Below are positions 61,660 through 64,000 of a stretch of DNA of 64,000 bases, piece after piece. The stretch lies in contig CM060733.1 of assembly GCA_030704615.1 (NCBI GenBank), forward strand, positions 6,448,001-6,512,000, read 5' to 3'. Both the position numbers and the translations under genes were made by a program. Numbering within the stretch: the first letter of the stretch is position 1; every line of letters begins with the position of its first letter. The notes below the pieces were generated by a model. That model did not search any database and had not been told where the DNA came from. It saw nothing but the letters and a program-made list of their open reading frames with translations. Origin of the DNA: Takakia lepidozioides (taxonomy: Eukaryota > Plantae > Bryophyta).

Positions 61660-63190
61660 GCGGCCAGTCCCCCGCCATGAGTCCGTGCCATCCAGTCTGC
61701 CAGTCCGCTACTGGCCAGTCCGTTGCCCAGCAGTCTGCCAGTCGGCCAGTCCCCCGCCCATGAGTCCGCTGCCCTCCAGTCTGCCAGTCCACCAGTCTGC
61801 CCGCCAGTCCGCTGGCCAGTCCCCTGCCATCCAGTCCGCTGACGGCGCAGGATCTCCACCGTCCATTCCCATAACCCATCCAAGCCCTCCATTTTTAGGG
61901 CAGCGAAAATGGCAATGATCTTGCCACCAAATCCCGGCCGCTATCTTTTGACGGCTGTTTGTTGTCCGATGTTGCGGTAGGCGTTTCCATGCACGCGACT
62001 GTTCCTCTTTTGCGCGCGATATTCATGATGATGATGAAGCATGTGCTTGAACATGAGAGGACTGTCTCGGCACTACAGCCACCATCGTGCATAGGCTTCC
62101 ACTATTTTTGCCTTCTTGTTGTGCTTTCGGGAACCTTCGTTTTATGGTTTGGTTCTATGTCATAAATATGGAAAATGCGGACATCTGTCCTCGATAACGT
62201 CCTCTGCTTGTGATCCGTCATGATACGTTTAGCCCCTTCGTACTGCATCCCTCATGAAAGCCTTCACAAGTTTAATTCGTTAAAGGAACCCATGGGTAAC
62301 ATGGGCGCGAAAATGGCGGAAGCGTATGCACATGGGGGCGTGTATTGCAGATTTCGTATCGGACGATGGGACTGGTTTATGTGACCAAGTTATAGCGGCT
62401 TGCATCCGTCGTGCATAAGTTGTGGAAAAGGGTGGAGATGAGAAAAACCCAGCTTTGTGATGGATCCACTGGTATATATATAAGGGATGGCAGCACAAAG
62501 AAACAATTCGAGTAATCACGGAACACCATCCCGTCCTAAGGTCCTCAAACATCCACACGCACCTGCTGAATGCAGATGTCTGAGCCACGACGGGAGTAGG
62601 TGCAGAATCGGTACATTGTCGCATTTGCCAGGAGACGGACTAGGCTGAGACAATTGCATCTGCAAATGCGCGTGGATGTTTGAGGTCCGTTGTGCCGCAA
62701 GTCTGTTCACAGTGGGTCCGCTGGCCTGTCAGTGCTCCGATATTCCCCTTATCGCGTGCATAACAGTCAGTTTGGAGGCGGTCTGCTAGAAGTCCGTCTG
62801 TTGGGATATCAGTCTGTCGCACTTGTGAATTTGTCAGTCTGTTGTGTCGAAGTCTGTTGCACTAAGTCTGTTCGACTTCTTATTTTCCCTCCGGTCAGTC
62901 TTTTGGCTTATTCTCCCGCCAGTTTGGCGAAACATCCATCTGCTGGACAGTTCTCCTCTATGGATATCAGTCTGTTGGACGGTGCATGCATCAGTCTGTT
63001 GTGCCACGAGTCTATTTGCAATGGGTGTGTTCGACTTTCTTGTTCTCCCCTTATTCTCTTTTGTCTTCATTCCACCCGTTTTCTTGCAACCAGTCTGCTG
63101 AACTGGAGGTGTGCTGACAATCATTCCCCGATGGATATCAGTCTGTTCGCCTGGTACTTTGTCAGTCTGTTCTGCTGCCAGTCTGAATTT
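61660..63190 (+). repeat. Degenerate CCAGTC/CAGTCTG short-repeat arrays, probably TE subterminal sequence
   Basis: Dense CCAGTC(T/C)G at 61664-61840 and TCAGTCTGTT at 62800-63190. Confidence 0.55.
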
Positions 63191-64000
63191 AGTACGATGT
63201 GTTCGTTCAGTGGACGTATTCAATGCGATGACGGTGGATAGTTGGCGCCCTGTGAAATCACGTCACTTGGCAGTGCCATACCCCGGTTCCCCTTCTACTT
63301 CTACTTTCTTCTCATGTTCCTTGTGTCGACTCCATTCTCTTCACGCCTGTTTCTTCGCACTGTTTCGTTTTCCTCTTTGCGTTTCCATCACCGTATAACG
63401 AAAGACGGCCGTTTCTTCCCTAGGTGTGGAGGTCGCGGTGAGCCGCGAAGCATCGCAAACACACGCTCGCCGTCGAACAACTCAAAGTTCATCGTCTCGG
63501 TGAGTTGCCACTTGCTACGGTGTTTCCATTCCATTCTGTGTCATTTCTCTTGCTTATGGTAGTCTGGTTCATAGGATTATCTGTCTGTCGTTCATTGTCC
63601 TTTGCACCCTCGTTTCATTTCTGGCAGCGCTGGCGGATGCTTGTGAAAAGGTTTAGCGACTGTGTGGATTTTTGTGCACCAAATTAGACTGAAGAAGAAG
63701 CGAAGGTACTGGTACTCACCAGAGGAGTTTGATCATAAAATAGTGTAAGCATTTGTAGACCTCCGCGCCGGAAAGCCAAAAACTCGAATTGGCAGAAGGA
63801 CAAGCTCTTCTGTCCCTTCTATGAAGAGCTTATCAAGGACAAAATCCAACTAAATTGGCATTGTGTTGACACGGGTTGCAAGGAGACTGTTGCAACGATT
63901 CCACGGGATTTCAAGCCTTGGCCGATACTGAAAGAAATGTCGATTGTCAAAGAGGCCACAATGCGCATGCGCGGATCAGTGCTTGACCCCCACTAGAAGA

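Overview
Eukaryotic, intron-containing land-plant DNA. PLS-class PPR relics, Tcn1/Chlamyvir-like Gypsy pol motifs and gene content suggest a non-seed plant, probably a bryophyte (inference). 1-30.5 kb is a rearranged, TE-rich accessory region: a copper-ligand-less phytocyanin gene with a rearranged partial duplicate, a deleted Copia element, decayed genes combining OSB-type PDF motifs with PLS-PPR arrays, a SURNod19 relic, and a nested TE stack (Gypsy, CACTA, CRE-like LINE). The main finding is a Ty3/Gypsy family, present as at least two copies, that carries a DNMT3-like C5 cytosine methyltransferase between protease and RT and a PHD finger after the integrase tail; the reconstructed order is gag-PR-DNMT-RT-RH-IN-PHD. 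31-59.5 kb holds conserved genes: SH3P2-like, ROCK1-like, VPS45, LPEAT2-like (with a self-interrupted LINE in intron 4) and a GPI-anchored protein. 60-64 kb is repeat-rich and includes a TTAA-flanked piggyBac-like MITE. All identities were judged by eye; no database searches were run.
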